Source: Dehalococcoidia bacterium (GTDB lineage Bacteria; Chloroflexota; Dehalococcoidia; SHYB01). Taken from it: a stretch of 46,659 nt of DNA. Each line of letters begins with the position of its first letter. Position 1 is the first letter of the stretch. The notes under the pieces were generated by a model that searched no databases, had not been told where the DNA came from, and saw only the letters and a list, made by a program, of their open reading frames with translations. A program made the position numbers and the translations under genes. This document shows positions 34,116 to 42,853 of this stretch, piece after piece. The stretch lies in assembly GCA_034420775.1 (NCBI GenBank), contig DAOUKZ010000177.1, forward strand, positions 1-46,659. The letters are read 5' to 3'.

Positions 34116-35192
34116 CTACCGCAACGGTGCGGCGTAGATCTGTCCGCCCTTCGGGCAGTCGGAGCACGGCGCGTCTGCCCAGAGGGCGTTCCGACCGTTC
34201 TCTCTGGGAAGGTCGATCCCGCCGGGGCCGAGGTTCCGTTCGTAGATCTCGCCGTAGTTGCCCACGGCGCGGATCACGGTCTGCGCCACGTTCTGGTCGA
34301 GGCCGAGGGTCTCTTGGCCGAACGAGCCGACGTGACCGAGCAGACGGTCAACCTTGGTGTCTCCGGTGGCGGAACCGGCCACGTTGCCGGAGGAGACGTC
34401 GAAGGCCTCACCGTAGATGAGGATCGCCATCACCGTCTTCACGATGTCGAACCACTGGTCGTCGCCGTGCGGGACCACCGGGCCGAGCGGCTCTTCCGAG
34501 ATGGTCTCGGGCAGAATCGTGTGGTCGGCGCGGTTCTGGAGCGCGGTGCCGAGCGCCGCCAACTGCGAGCGATCGTTGGTGAAGGCGTCGCACTGGCCAC
34601 TCTCGTAAGCCGCCACCACCGCGTCGGTGTCCTCGAAGGTCAGCGCCTGGATGCCGAGGTTGTTCTGCGTCGAGAAGTCCTGCAGGTTCAACTCGGTCGT
34701 CGTGCCCTGCGTGACGCAGACGGTCGTCCCACCGAGGTCGAGGGCGCTGGCCACGTCCGGGTTCTGCGCCTTATTCACCATGAAGCCCTGGCCGTCGTAG
34801 AACATCGTCTGGGCGTAGTTGCCCCACTGGGAGTCTCGCGACGTCGTCCAGGTGACGGTCCTGACGAGCATGTCGACCTCGCCGGACTGGATTGTCGGGC
34901 CGCGTTCGGCGGCGGTGATCAGCCGGATCTCGATCTTGTTGGGGTCGCCCAGCACCGCCGCTGCGAGAGCGCGGCACAGGTCGATGTCGAAGCCCACGTT
35001 GTTACCGGCTGAGTCGAGATAGCCGTAGCCGGGGACGTCGTTGCGGCTGGCGCAAATGACCTTGTCCCTATCGCGGACCTCTTCCAGCCTGCCGCCTGTT
35101 TCCTCTTCTTCTCCTCCACCGCAGGCACTTAGCACCAGTGCGGTTAGAGCAAGAAACAGGAATGCTCCTACTGCATAGACCTTTCTTCTCAT
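34116..35192 (-). CDS. amino-acid ABC transporter substrate-binding lipoprotein (AapJ-like)
   Basis: From ATG 35192 (preceded by GAAGGAGGG) it reads MRRKVYAVGAFLFLALTALVLSACGGG, with a lipobox. GFDIDLCRALAAAVLGD and DMLVRTVTWT are type 3 SBP patterns. The track start is 35261. Confidence 0.9.
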   Translation of the reverse strand: MRRKVYAVGAFLFLALTALVLSACGGGEEEETGGRLEEVRDRDKVICASRNDVPGYGYLDSAGNNVGFDIDLCRALAAAVLGDPNKIEIRLITAAERGPTIQSGEVDMLVRTVTWTTSRDSQWGNYAQTMFYDGQGFMVNKAQNPDVASALDLGGTTVCVTQGTTTELNLQDFSTQNNLGIQALTFEDTDAVVAAYESGQCDAFTNDRSQLAALGTALQNRADHTILPETISEEPLGPVVPHGDDQWFDIVKTVMAILIYGEAFDVSSGNVAGSATGDTKVDRLLGHVGSFGQETLGLDQNVAQTVIRAVGNYGEIYERNLGPGGIDLPRENGRNALWADAPCSDCPKGGQIYAAPLR

Positions 35193-35335
35193 CACGGCCC
35201 TCCTTCGTGAGTTTGGAGTGGAGTGCAATGTTGGCATGGAGAATACTTGTTTGGGCAACAATGGTCAATGAAATGATTGGACTATACGTAACCGGTTGTC
35301 GATGCCGCCCCGCCCCTCGCAGGGGCCAGCGGCCG

Positions 35336-36388
35336 CTAGCCGGGTATCTTGCGGGTGACCGACATGCCGAGCATGCATGACGCGCCAATCGATTGCAGAC
35401 CACCAAGACCTCCCGCGCAGATAATGAGGATGCGGCGCGCGTTCAGGGTGATCGGGACGTTCTCCCCGTCCCACTCGATACCCATCTCGTTCATGCGCCG
35501 GCGGGCGGCCTCGCGACGGTAGGGCGGGTGGAAGTGCATCGGCACCCGGGCGTTCTGATGGATGTAGCGCCGCAATTCCTCCTTATCGGGAATCACCTCC
35601 GCGACCATCTTGGCGATGACCGGGCTCATGACGAGGACATTCTCGAAGCCCTCAGGCAGCTGCTCCGTCGCCGCGTGGCCGCTGACGGCCATGCCGAACG
35701 TGACGTGGTGCAGGACCTGCTCGCTCTCGGGGCTCATCTCCGTGATCGGCCACATGCCGTTGATGGGAATGATCGTCACCGTGCTGTCCGTCGGCTCGAA
35801 GCCCCGGTCGACGTGGAACGGCTGCCAGGGCGACTCCTCCTCGTGCTCGCCGAAGCAGGCGGAGGTGAACTTGCCCGGCCAGCCGAGCGGGGCCTTGTCG
35901 ACGTCGCCGTGCGTTGCCCCGCCGACGTTGATGAGCACCAGCCGCAGGGCGCGTCCGATGGTGGCGTTCGCCTGCGACCCCGGGCCGAAGCAGCCCGTGT
36001 CGTAGTTGATGCCGATCTGGTCGCGAATCGGGCCGTTGAACAGGACCATCGGCCCTACCGGATTCGTCGTGGTCTGGATGCCGTGGGCGTTCATCTTCGG
36101 GTCCATGAACGCGTCGACGGCGGCGATGACCGCCGGCATGTAGCTCGGCTCGCACCCCGCCATCACGGCGTTGATGGCGATCTTCTCGACGCTGGCCGGG
36201 GCGTTCAGCGGCGCCATCTCGCCGACCACGTGCGCCGCGTCGAAGCCGCTGGCGTCGATCATCGCCGCGACCCGCTCCTCCGTCGGCGGGACGACGGGCA
36301 GGCCGTCGGTCATGCGCCGTTGACGCAGGTAGGCGGTGACTGCCTCCGGGCCGCCTTCCACTTCGACGCGTGTCGCTTGCTTGGCCAT
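35336..36388 (-). CDS. conserved-looking hypothetical protein (about 350 aa), family not recognised
   Basis: From ATG 36388 it reads MAKQATRVEVEGGPEAVTAYLRQRRMTDGLPVVPPTEERVAAM...VEKIAINAVMAGC...ANATIGRALRLVLINVGG. The composition is normal and coding-like. The gene sits between an SDR and the ABC transporter on the same strand. The upstream 70 codons of the track ORF look non-coding. Confidence 0.6.
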   Translation of the reverse strand: MAKQATRVEVEGGPEAVTAYLRQRRMTDGLPVVPPTEERVAAMIDASGFDAAHVVGEMAPLNAPASVEKIAINAVMAGCEPSYMPAVIAAVDAFMDPKMNAHGIQTTTNPVGPMVLFNGPIRDQIGINYDTGCFGPGSQANATIGRALRLVLINVGGATHGDVDKAPLGWPGKFTSACFGEHEEESPWQPFHVDRGFEPTDSTVTIIPINGMWPITEMSPESEQVLHHVTFGMAVSGHAATEQLPEGFENVLVMSPVIAKMVAEVIPDKEELRRYIHQNARVPMHFHPPYRREAARRRMNEMGIEWDGENVPITLNARRILIICAGGLGGLQSIGASCMLGMSVTRKIPG

Positions 36389-36431
36389 GACGGTGGTTAC
36401 GCTACGGTGCCGGCCTTCGCATAGATAGAGA

Positions 36432-37376
36432 CTACGGCCTGATCCAGGGCCATACGATCTTCCCTTCCTGCGGGGGCGATGGGTTCTCGACGCCGGTGAG
36501 GATCTGTGACGGCACGATACCGCCCAACTCCTCCTGCGTCCACTGCCCGCCCTCCTTGTATGCCGATCCTCCCATGCTCCAGCGCTGATAGACGCCAATC
36601 ACGCCCGCGCCGGCGGAGAAGACCTGGCCGTTGATGTCTTGCGCGGCGTCGCCGGCGAGATAGGCGACGATCGGTGCGACCTCGCTGGGGTCGCGCGAGC
36701 CGCGGAGCGCGCCCCGGAGGCGCGGCGGCAGCTTGATGCGGTATTTCTTCAGCCACTCGGCGCCGGCCTCGCGCATCCGCGAGGTTGCAGAGGGACAGAG
36801 GACGTTCACCCGGATCCCGTAGACGCCGAGCTCGAGGCAGAGCGTGTTGCTGAAGCCGATGATGCCGCCCTTCGCGGCGGTGTAGTTCGAGACGCCCGCG
36901 CCGCCTTCGATCGCCATGCCGGAGGCGACGTTGATGATGCTGCCGCTCCGCTGCTCGATCATGTGGGGCGCGGCGGCCTTGACGGTGCAGAACGTCCCCT
37001 TCAGGTGGGTCTGGACGACGGCGTCGAAGTCCTCCTCCGGCATGTCCCAGACCATGTTGACGCGGGTGTTCCCGGCGTTGTTGACCAGGCAGTCGATGCG
37101 GCCGAAGGAGTCTATGGCGGTCCCGATGATATTCCGGGCGCCCTCCATCGTGGCGACGGAATCGTAGACGGGAACGGCCTCGCCGCCGGCGTCGCGGATG
37201 AGCGATACGGTCTCGTCGGCCATGGCGGGGCTGCCGCCTTCGCCGCTCGGCGGCGCGCCGAGGTCGTTGACGACGACCTTCGCGCCTTCGGCGGCCAAGA
37301 GCAGGGCGACGGCCCGCCCGATCCCGCCGCCGGAACCGGTGACCACCGCGACCTTGCCCTTCAGGGTGTCGCTCAC
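36432..37376 (-). CDS. SDR family oxidoreductase
   Basis: LKGKVAVVTGSGGGIGRAVAL, NNAG, and YTAAK (YxxxK) are present. I prefer GTG 37376, 4 nt after a strong AAGGAGG, to the track ATG 37409, which would overlap the predicted -10 box. Confidence 0.85.
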   Translation of the reverse strand: MSDTLKGKVAVVTGSGGGIGRAVALLLAAEGAKVVVNDLGAPPSGEGGSPAMADETVSLIRDAGGEAVPVYDSVATMEGARNIIGTAIDSFGRIDCLVNNAGNTRVNMVWDMPEEDFDAVVQTHLKGTFCTVKAAAPHMIEQRSGSIINVASGMAIEGGAGVSNYTAAKGGIIGFSNTLCLELGVYGIRVNVLCPSATSRMREAGAEWLKKYRIKLPPRLRGALRGSRDPSEVAPIVAYLAGDAAQDINGQVFSAGAGVIGVYQRWSMGGSAYKEGGQWTQEELGGIVPSQILTGVENPSPPQEGKIVWPWIRP

Positions 37377-37404
37377 GGCCCCTCCTTGGCCCTTCTGGGC
37401 CGCC

Positions 37405-37484
37405 GCCATGCTAGGTGTGGCGTTGTTGCGGTGTCAACCGCGGCCCACCTTTCGTTGACACTCGAAGATGCGGCGGGCCACAAT
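37405..37484. promoter_or_regulatory. back-to-back divergent promoter candidates
   Basis: On the minus strand, TTGACA (37434..37429), an 18-nt spacer and TAGCAT serve the SDR gene. On the plus strand, TTGACA (37455..37460), an 18-nt spacer and CACAAT (37479..37484) serve the amidohydrolase gene at 37556. The two -35 boxes form the inverted repeat GTGTCAAC/GTTGACAC. Confidence 0.45.
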
Positions 37485-37555
37485 AGGCCGTTCTCGAAGT
37501 CAACGCACCGGGCGGACGGGCTTCCAGGGGCCCGCCGGCCGCGCAGGAGGAGCCG

Positions 37556-38722
37556 ATGGCGGACCGATTCTACAAGGTCATTTCCGGGGACGGGCACGTG
37601 GAGACGCCGCCCGAGACGTGGGTCAAGTACGTGCCGGAAAGGTGGCGCGACCGCGCGCCGCGCCTGATCCATCTCCCCGACGGCGGCGAAGGATGGGTGG
37701 TCGAGGGGCAGCCGCTCCTCCATAACGGCCAGAACATCATCGCCGGCAAGCCGATCCGGTTCCGCGGCATGTCCTACTACAACGAGGACGGCTCCGCCGC
37801 GACGGGCGCAGGCTCCGCCGAGCAACGCCTCCGCGAGCAGGACCAGGACGGGATCGACGCCGAGGTGCTCTTCCCGCCCGTCTTCGCCTCGCGCTTCCTC
37901 GAGGGCATCGCCGACCCCGAGGTCTACCTTTCGATGATCCAGGCTTACAACACCTTCCTGGCCCAGGACTTCAACGCGGTGGCCCCCGACCGGCTCATCG
38001 GCAACGCCGTGATTCCCGTCTCCGGCATCAAGCACGCCGTCGCGGAGCTGAAGCGGGTGAAGGAGCTCGGCATCCGGTCGGTCGCCTTCTACCAGTTCCC
38101 CAACGGCACCGGGTCGCCGACGGAGGAGGACAACGAGTTCTGGGAGACGGCGCTGGATATTGGCATGAAGCTGTCGCCGCACTTCGGCTTCGGAGACATC
38201 CGGGCCCCGGTCGGCGGCGCGGGCCGCGGCACCGGGAGCCAGCCCTGGGCCAGCGCCCTCTGCCAGCGGGCCGGGTCGCACGCGCCGGTCTACTGCATGT
38301 CGCAGCTCATCGCGGACGGCGTCCTCGACCGCTACCCCGATCTCGAGATGTACTTCGCTGAGACCAACGCGAGCTGGCTGCCTTTCAGCCTCTTCTTCAT
38401 GGACGACAATTACCAGCTGTTCAAGGACTGGTTCGGCGTCACGTTGCAGATGAAGCCGAGCGAGTACGTGACGAAGCACTTCTACTTCGGTATCGTCCGC
38501 GACCCGATCATCTTCCAGATGCAGCACCTGATTCCGTGGGACCGCATCATGTGGGGCTCCGACTTCCCCCACTCCGTCGGCTCGTTCCCGAAGAGCGCCG
38601 AGTTCTTCGACACCGCCATGGCCGACGTCTCCGACGACCTGCGGCGCAAGATCCTGCTCGACGTGCCCGCCGCGTTCTTCGACCTCGACCTGACCAAGCC
38701 GATTACCGCGACGCCGAGCTAG
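37556..38722 (+). CDS. amidohydrolase-2 (PF04909) family protein
   Basis: MADRFYKVISGDGHVETPPETWVKYVPERWRDRAPRL..., a C-terminal WGSDFPH, and RBS GGAGGAG. The product is 388 aa. Confidence 0.85.
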   Translation: MADRFYKVISGDGHVETPPETWVKYVPERWRDRAPRLIHLPDGGEGWVVEGQPLLHNGQNIIAGKPIRFRGMSYYNEDGSAATGAGSAEQRLREQDQDGIDAEVLFPPVFASRFLEGIADPEVYLSMIQAYNTFLAQDFNAVAPDRLIGNAVIPVSGIKHAVAELKRVKELGIRSVAFYQFPNGTGSPTEEDNEFWETALDIGMKLSPHFGFGDIRAPVGGAGRGTGSQPWASALCQRAGSHAPVYCMSQLIADGVLDRYPDLEMYFAETNASWLPFSLFFMDDNYQLFKDWFGVTLQMKPSEYVTKHFYFGIVRDPIIFQMQHLIPWDRIMWGSDFPHSVGSFPKSAEFFDTAMADVSDDLRRKILLDVPAAFFDLDLTKPITATPS

Positions 38723-38735
38723 GCGGAGGAGGCCG

Positions 38736-39911
38736 ATGGGCCGCAAGTATCGAGTGATTTCGGCCGACGGGCACGTCGAGACGCCGCCCGACACCTTCGT
38801 CAAGTACGTGCCGGAGCGGTGGCGCGACCGCGCCCCGCGCCTCGTGCCGCTGTCCGAGGGTGGGGAAGGCTGGGTCATCGAAGGGATGCCCCTGCTCCAC
38901 AACGGGCAGAACATCACCGCGGGCAAGCCGATCAAGTTCCGAAACGACACCTACTTCTCGGAAGACGGGAGCCCGGCCACCGGCGCCGGTCCCGCCGAGC
39001 AGCGCCTCCGTGAGCAGGACCGGGACGGCATCGACTGCGAGGTCCTCTTTCCGCCGGTCTTCGCCAGCAGGTTCCTCACCGGCGTCGCCGACCGCGACGC
39101 CTACCTCTCGATGGTGCAGGCCTACAACACCTTCCTGGCCCAGGACTACTGCGCCGTGGCCCCCGACCGGCTCATCGGCAACGGCGTCGTGCCCGTCAAG
39201 GGCATCGATCAGGCGGTGCTCGAGCTGAAGCGCTGCGGGGAGATCGGGATCAAGAGCGTCTCGCTGCAGCAGTTCCCCAACGGCGGCGGCGCGCCCGAGC
39301 CGGAGGACGACGAGTTCTGGCAGACGGCCCTCGACATCGGGATGCGGATCTCGCCGCACGGCAACTTCGGGTATCCCTCGCCCCCCGAGTACGGCGGTGG
39401 GGCGGGGACGGGGTCGCTGGCCTACGCCGTCTCCCTCACTCAGCGCACCGGCGGCTTCCGCCCGCTCTACTGCATCGCGCAGCTCATCGCCTCCGGCGTC
39501 TTCGACCGCTTCCCCGACATCCGCTTCTACTTCGCGGAGACGAACGCGAGCTGGCTGTCGAGCCTCGTTTGGTTCATGGACGACAACTATCGCATCTTCA
39601 AACACTGGTACGGCCCGCTCGCCATGAAGCCGAGCGAGTACATCTTCAAGCACTGCCGCTTCAGCTTCATCCGCGACCCGCTGGCTCTGAAGCTGCGCGA
39701 TTTCGTGCCCATCGACATCCTGATGTGGGGCTCCGACTTCCCGCACTCGGTGGGGTCCTTCCCCAACTCGCAGGAGTGGATCGGCCAGATCTTCGAGGGA
39801 GAGAGCGAGGCGGTGAAGCGCCGGATCCTGCTCGAAAACCCCTGCGAATTCTTCGGCCTCGACCCCGAGGCCGACATCACTCCCACGCCGGGGGTCGCCG
39901 CTGCCGCTTAG
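38736..39911 (+). CDS. amidohydrolase-2 (PF04909) family protein, tandem paralog
   Basis: MGRKYRVISADGHVETPPDTFVKYVPERWRDRAPRL... is collinear with, and highly similar to, 37556..38722. WGSDFPH and RBS GGAGGAGG are present. Confidence 0.85.
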   Translation: MGRKYRVISADGHVETPPDTFVKYVPERWRDRAPRLVPLSEGGEGWVIEGMPLLHNGQNITAGKPIKFRNDTYFSEDGSPATGAGPAEQRLREQDRDGIDCEVLFPPVFASRFLTGVADRDAYLSMVQAYNTFLAQDYCAVAPDRLIGNGVVPVKGIDQAVLELKRCGEIGIKSVSLQQFPNGGGAPEPEDDEFWQTALDIGMRISPHGNFGYPSPPEYGGGAGTGSLAYAVSLTQRTGGFRPLYCIAQLIASGVFDRFPDIRFYFAETNASWLSSLVWFMDDNYRIFKHWYGPLAMKPSEYIFKHCRFSFIRDPLALKLRDFVPIDILMWGSDFPHSVGSFPNSQEWIGQIFEGESEAVKRRILLENPCEFFGLDPEADITPTPGVAAAA

Positions 39912-39969
39912 CACCGGCCTCTCCCCTGCTCCGTAGCTGACCTTTGGGTACGGGCGGAGCGGGGGAGCA

Positions 39970-40110
39970 GCGCCCTGCGGGCGCTCGCGCGCCTGACGGC
40001 GCGCGCTCTCTCTCAAATCTCCCCCAGAGGGGGAGAGGGAAGACCACCCCCAGCCCGGCCCTCTCTCAGTCTCCCCCAGAGGGGGAGAGGCTTAAGGTGC
40101 CTCCCTGCCC
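39970..40110. repeat. G/C-rich composite hairpin repeats (family copy 5)
   Basis: Hairpins present: AGCGCCC-TGC-GGGCGCT; GCGCGCC-TGAC-GGCGCGC; TCTCCCCC-AGA-GGGGGAGA twice (40018..40036 and 40070..40088), the second followed by GGCTTAAGGTGC. Confidence 0.85.
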
Positions 40111-40168
40111 CGGGAGAAGATTGAGATGAGGGGCCCCCTGATCACCACCAAGGGCTGCCCAATCCTGA

Positions 40169-40197
40169 TTGACAGCCCCTAGGGGCGGCACTAGAGT
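40169..40197 (+). promoter_or_regulatory. sigma-70-like promoter candidate for the third amidohydrolase gene
   Basis: TTGACA (40169..40174), an exact 17-nt spacer, then TAGAGT (40192..40197). It lies about 58 nt upstream of ATG 40256, which has an AAGGAG RBS. Confidence 0.55.
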
Positions 40198-40255
40198 TGC
40201 ACGCAGATTTACCGGCCGCGCGCGGAGCGTTCCGACGCCGGCCAAGGAGTTGCCC

Positions 40256-41383
40256 ATGGCCCCGACCGGACGAAGCTACGAAGTCATCTCAGCCGATTCC
40301 CACGTGGTGGAACCCCCCAACCTGTGGGAAGACTGGCTGCCCAAGAAATACCTTGACTACGCCCCCAAGCTCGTCAAGGACGAGGACGGCGGCGACGCGT
40401 GGGTCTACCAGGAAGGGATGGCCCCCGCGCCGCTCGGACTGGTCGCCTGTGTCGGCATCGAGAAGGAAGAAATGAAGTGGACCGGCCTCAGCTACGGCGA
40501 CAACGTCCACCCCTCCGTCTACGACGGCGCGGCCCGGCTTGAGGTCCTCGACACCGACGGCGTCGACGCCGAGTTTCTGTACCCGCCGCAGCGCGCCGTC
40601 GGCTGCTTCATGAAGAACCCCGACTCCGAGATTCACCTCGCCGGCCTCGACGCCTACAACCGCTGGCTCAGCGAGGGCTTCTGCGCCGCCGACCCCGACC
40701 GGCTCTTCGGCGTCTACCAGATCCCCAACCTGGGCGTGGAGACCGCCGTCGCCGAGCTCAAGAAGGCCAAGGACATGGGCTACCGTGGCGCCGTGATCGG
40801 CATGTGGCCCACCGGCAACCAGCAGCTCACCGGCGAGGACGATCCTTTCTGGGCCGCGGCGGAAGAGCTGGAAATGCCGATCTCGATCCACTTCCGCCTC
40901 GCCTCGCAGGGCGCGGGCCACGTCGCATCCAAGGGCGGCGCGCTGGCCACCGGCGCCGTCGCCGGCATCGCCGACTTCCCCGTCCTCATGGTCGACCTCA
41001 TCTTCGACGGCGTCTTCGACCGCTTCCCCGACCTGAAGATGGTCGGCGTCGAGGTCGGCGTCGGCTGGATCCCGCACGCCGCCGAAATGATGGACGACCG
41101 CTACTGGCGGAACCGGGGCCACGCCAAGTGGGGCCTCAAGAAGCTCCCCAGCGAGTACGTCAAGGACAACTGGCTCGCCACCTTCATCGTCGACCGCATC
41201 GGCGTCGAGATGCGCCACGCCGTCGGTCTGAAGAACATGTCGTGGTCCACCGACTTCCCCCACCACGGCAACGACTACCCGTACTCGCGCCAGACCATCG
41301 AGCAGCACTTCGTCAACGTCCCCGAGGCGGAGAAGCGCCGCATCGTCTGCGACAACGCGGCCGAGCTCTACGGCCTGGTGTAG
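40256..41383 (+). CDS. amidohydrolase-2 (PF04909) family protein
   Basis: MAPTGRSYEVISADSHVVEPPNLWEDWLPKKY... with a C-terminal WSTDFPHH. ATG 40256 follows AAGGAG; the track start is 40169. Confidence 0.85.
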   Translation: MAPTGRSYEVISADSHVVEPPNLWEDWLPKKYLDYAPKLVKDEDGGDAWVYQEGMAPAPLGLVACVGIEKEEMKWTGLSYGDNVHPSVYDGAARLEVLDTDGVDAEFLYPPQRAVGCFMKNPDSEIHLAGLDAYNRWLSEGFCAADPDRLFGVYQIPNLGVETAVAELKKAKDMGYRGAVIGMWPTGNQQLTGEDDPFWAAAEELEMPISIHFRLASQGAGHVASKGGALATGAVAGIADFPVLMVDLIFDGVFDRFPDLKMVGVEVGVGWIPHAAEMMDDRYWRNRGHAKWGLKKLPSEYVKDNWLATFIVDRIGVEMRHAVGLKNMSWSTDFPHHGNDYPYSRQTIEQHFVNVPEAEKRRIVCDNAAELYGLV

Positions 41384-41409
41384 CGCGGGCCTGAACAGGA
41401 GACCATACA

Positions 41410-41434
41410 GGGCCTCCCCGATTCGGGGAGGCCC
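41410..41434 (+). terminator. intrinsic-terminator-like hairpin
   Basis: GGGCCTCCCCG-ATT-CGGGGAGGCCC is an 11-bp perfect stem, followed by ATTACTTTCC. It lies 27 nt after the stop at 41383. Confidence 0.5.
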
Positions 41435-41460
41435 ATTACTTTCCATAAGGAGAAGCAACA

Positions 41461-42153
41461 ATGTCCAGGACTGAAGGCATCTATCTCACCTACTCACGGC
41501 TGCTCCATCCCAAGAAGGCGGCGGAGTGGGACGAGTGGTACGACTCCATCCACCTCCCCGACATCGTCGGCTCCGGTTCGGCGTGGCGCGCCACCCGCTG
41601 GCAGCGGCAGGACGCCGGGCACTTCGGCTGGACGAACACCAACATCTATGAGGTCGAGGGCCCGGACATCGTGGCGAACCAGAAGAAGGCGTCGGCGCAC
41701 GCCCCAAGGTGGCGCGCCGAGGGCCGGCACTTCTCCGACTATGCCCTCATGGACCTCAAGTTCTTCGAGCCCGTCGGAAAGTGGACCGGCATCGCCGACC
41801 CCTCCCCCGACCTCACCGCGCGCGTCTACGCGCTGACCGTCTGCGGCGACCGCTCCCGCGAGGACGAGTGGAGCGAGTGGTACGACGAGGTCCACGTCCC
41901 CGACATTCTCGCCGTCGACGGTTTCGTCGCGGCGACGCGGTGGAAGCTGGTGGAGCGGAACCCCTTCGGCGCGAACTTCCTCGCCCTCTACGACGTGCAC
42001 GGCGACATCGAGGCGGCGCAGGCGGGCCTCACCGCGGCGGTCCCCGGCATGTACAAGGGCGGCCGGATGCACCCGCAGAACGCCATGGCCGAGATGGCCT
42101 GGCTGCTCCCCACGGGGAAATTCGCCGGCGTCGGCTACACCGCCGGTTCCTAG
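41461..42153 (+). CDS. double-domain ferredoxin-like (DUF4286/EthD-like alpha+beta barrel) protein
   Basis: The 230-aa product has two internal halves, each with an EW-x-EWYD-x-x-H-[LV]-PD motif (AAEWDEWYDSIHLPDIV and EDEWSEWYDEVHVPDIL). RBS is AAGGAG. The family assignment comes from motif memory only. Confidence 0.55.
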   Translation: MSRTEGIYLTYSRLLHPKKAAEWDEWYDSIHLPDIVGSGSAWRATRWQRQDAGHFGWTNTNIYEVEGPDIVANQKKASAHAPRWRAEGRHFSDYALMDLKFFEPVGKWTGIADPSPDLTARVYALTVCGDRSREDEWSEWYDEVHVPDILAVDGFVAATRWKLVERNPFGANFLALYDVHGDIEAAQAGLTAAVPGMYKGGRMHPQNAMAEMAWLLPTGKFAGVGYTAGS

Positions 42154-42154
42154 C

Positions 42155-42853
42155 ATGTCCAGAACGCAAGGCATCTACGTCACCTACTCGCGGCTGCTCA
42201 ACCCCGACAGGGCCGCCGAGTGGGACGAGTGGTACGACACGGTTCACCTCCCCGACGTCGTCGGCTGCGGCTCGGCGTGGCGCGCCACCCGCTGGCGGCG
42301 GCAGGGCGCCGGGACCGACGGCTGGACGAACGCCAACATCTACGAGGTCGAGGGCCCCGACATCGTGGCGAACCAGAAGAAGGCGTCGGCGTCCGCGCCG
42401 GGGTGGCGGGCCCAAGGCCGGCACTTCTCCGACCACGCCCTCATGGACCTCAAGCTCTTCGAGCCCGTCGGCCGGTGGACGGGCATCGCCGACCCTTCGC
42501 CCGACCTCACCGCCCGCCGCTACGTGTTCAGCTTCTGCGCCGACCGCACCTTCGAAGATGAGTGGAACGCGTGGTACGACGACGTCCATATTCCCGACGT
42601 CTTGGCGCTCGACGGCTTCGTCACCGCGACCCGGTGGCGGCTGGCGGCCCGGCCCGCCTACGGCGCGAACTACCTCGCCCTCTACGACGTGCACGGCGAC
42701 CTCGAAACCGCCCAGGCCGCGCTCGCCGCGGCGATGCCATCGTTCTTCGAAGGCGGGCGGATACACCCCAAGCTCGCCCTGGCCGAACGGGACTGGCTCA
42801 TCCCCGCCGGGCAATGGGCCGGCGTTGGCTACACGGCGGGCGCCGAGGCCTAG
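42155..42853 (+). CDS. double-domain ferredoxin-like protein, tandem paralog
   Basis: The 232-aa product is collinear with 41461..42153 and shares long identical DNA stretches with it, for example GACATCGTGGCGAACCAGAAGAAGGCGTCGGCG in both. Its ATG lies 1 nt after the upstream TAG. Confidence 0.55.
   Translation: MSRTQGIYVTYSRLLNPDRAAEWDEWYDTVHLPDVVGCGSAWRATRWRRQGAGTDGWTNANIYEVEGPDIVANQKKASASAPGWRAQGRHFSDHALMDLKLFEPVGRWTGIADPSPDLTARRYVFSFCADRTFEDEWNAWYDDVHIPDVLALDGFVTATRWRLAARPAYGANYLALYDVHGDLETAQAALAAAMPSFFEGGRIHPKLALAERDWLIPAGQWAGVGYTAGAEA

Noticed and set aside
37428-37460. Inverted repeat GTGTCAAC ... GTTGACAC as a repressor operator
   Set aside because: It is more simply explained as the two TTGACA -35 boxes of back-to-back divergent promoters, each with a plausible -10 at 18-nt spacing. 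An operator role cannot be excluded.
37373-40016. 525-aa and 437-aa - strand ORFs (37373..38950, 38703..40016)
   Set aside because: They are antisense shadows of the two tandem amidohydrolase-2 genes.
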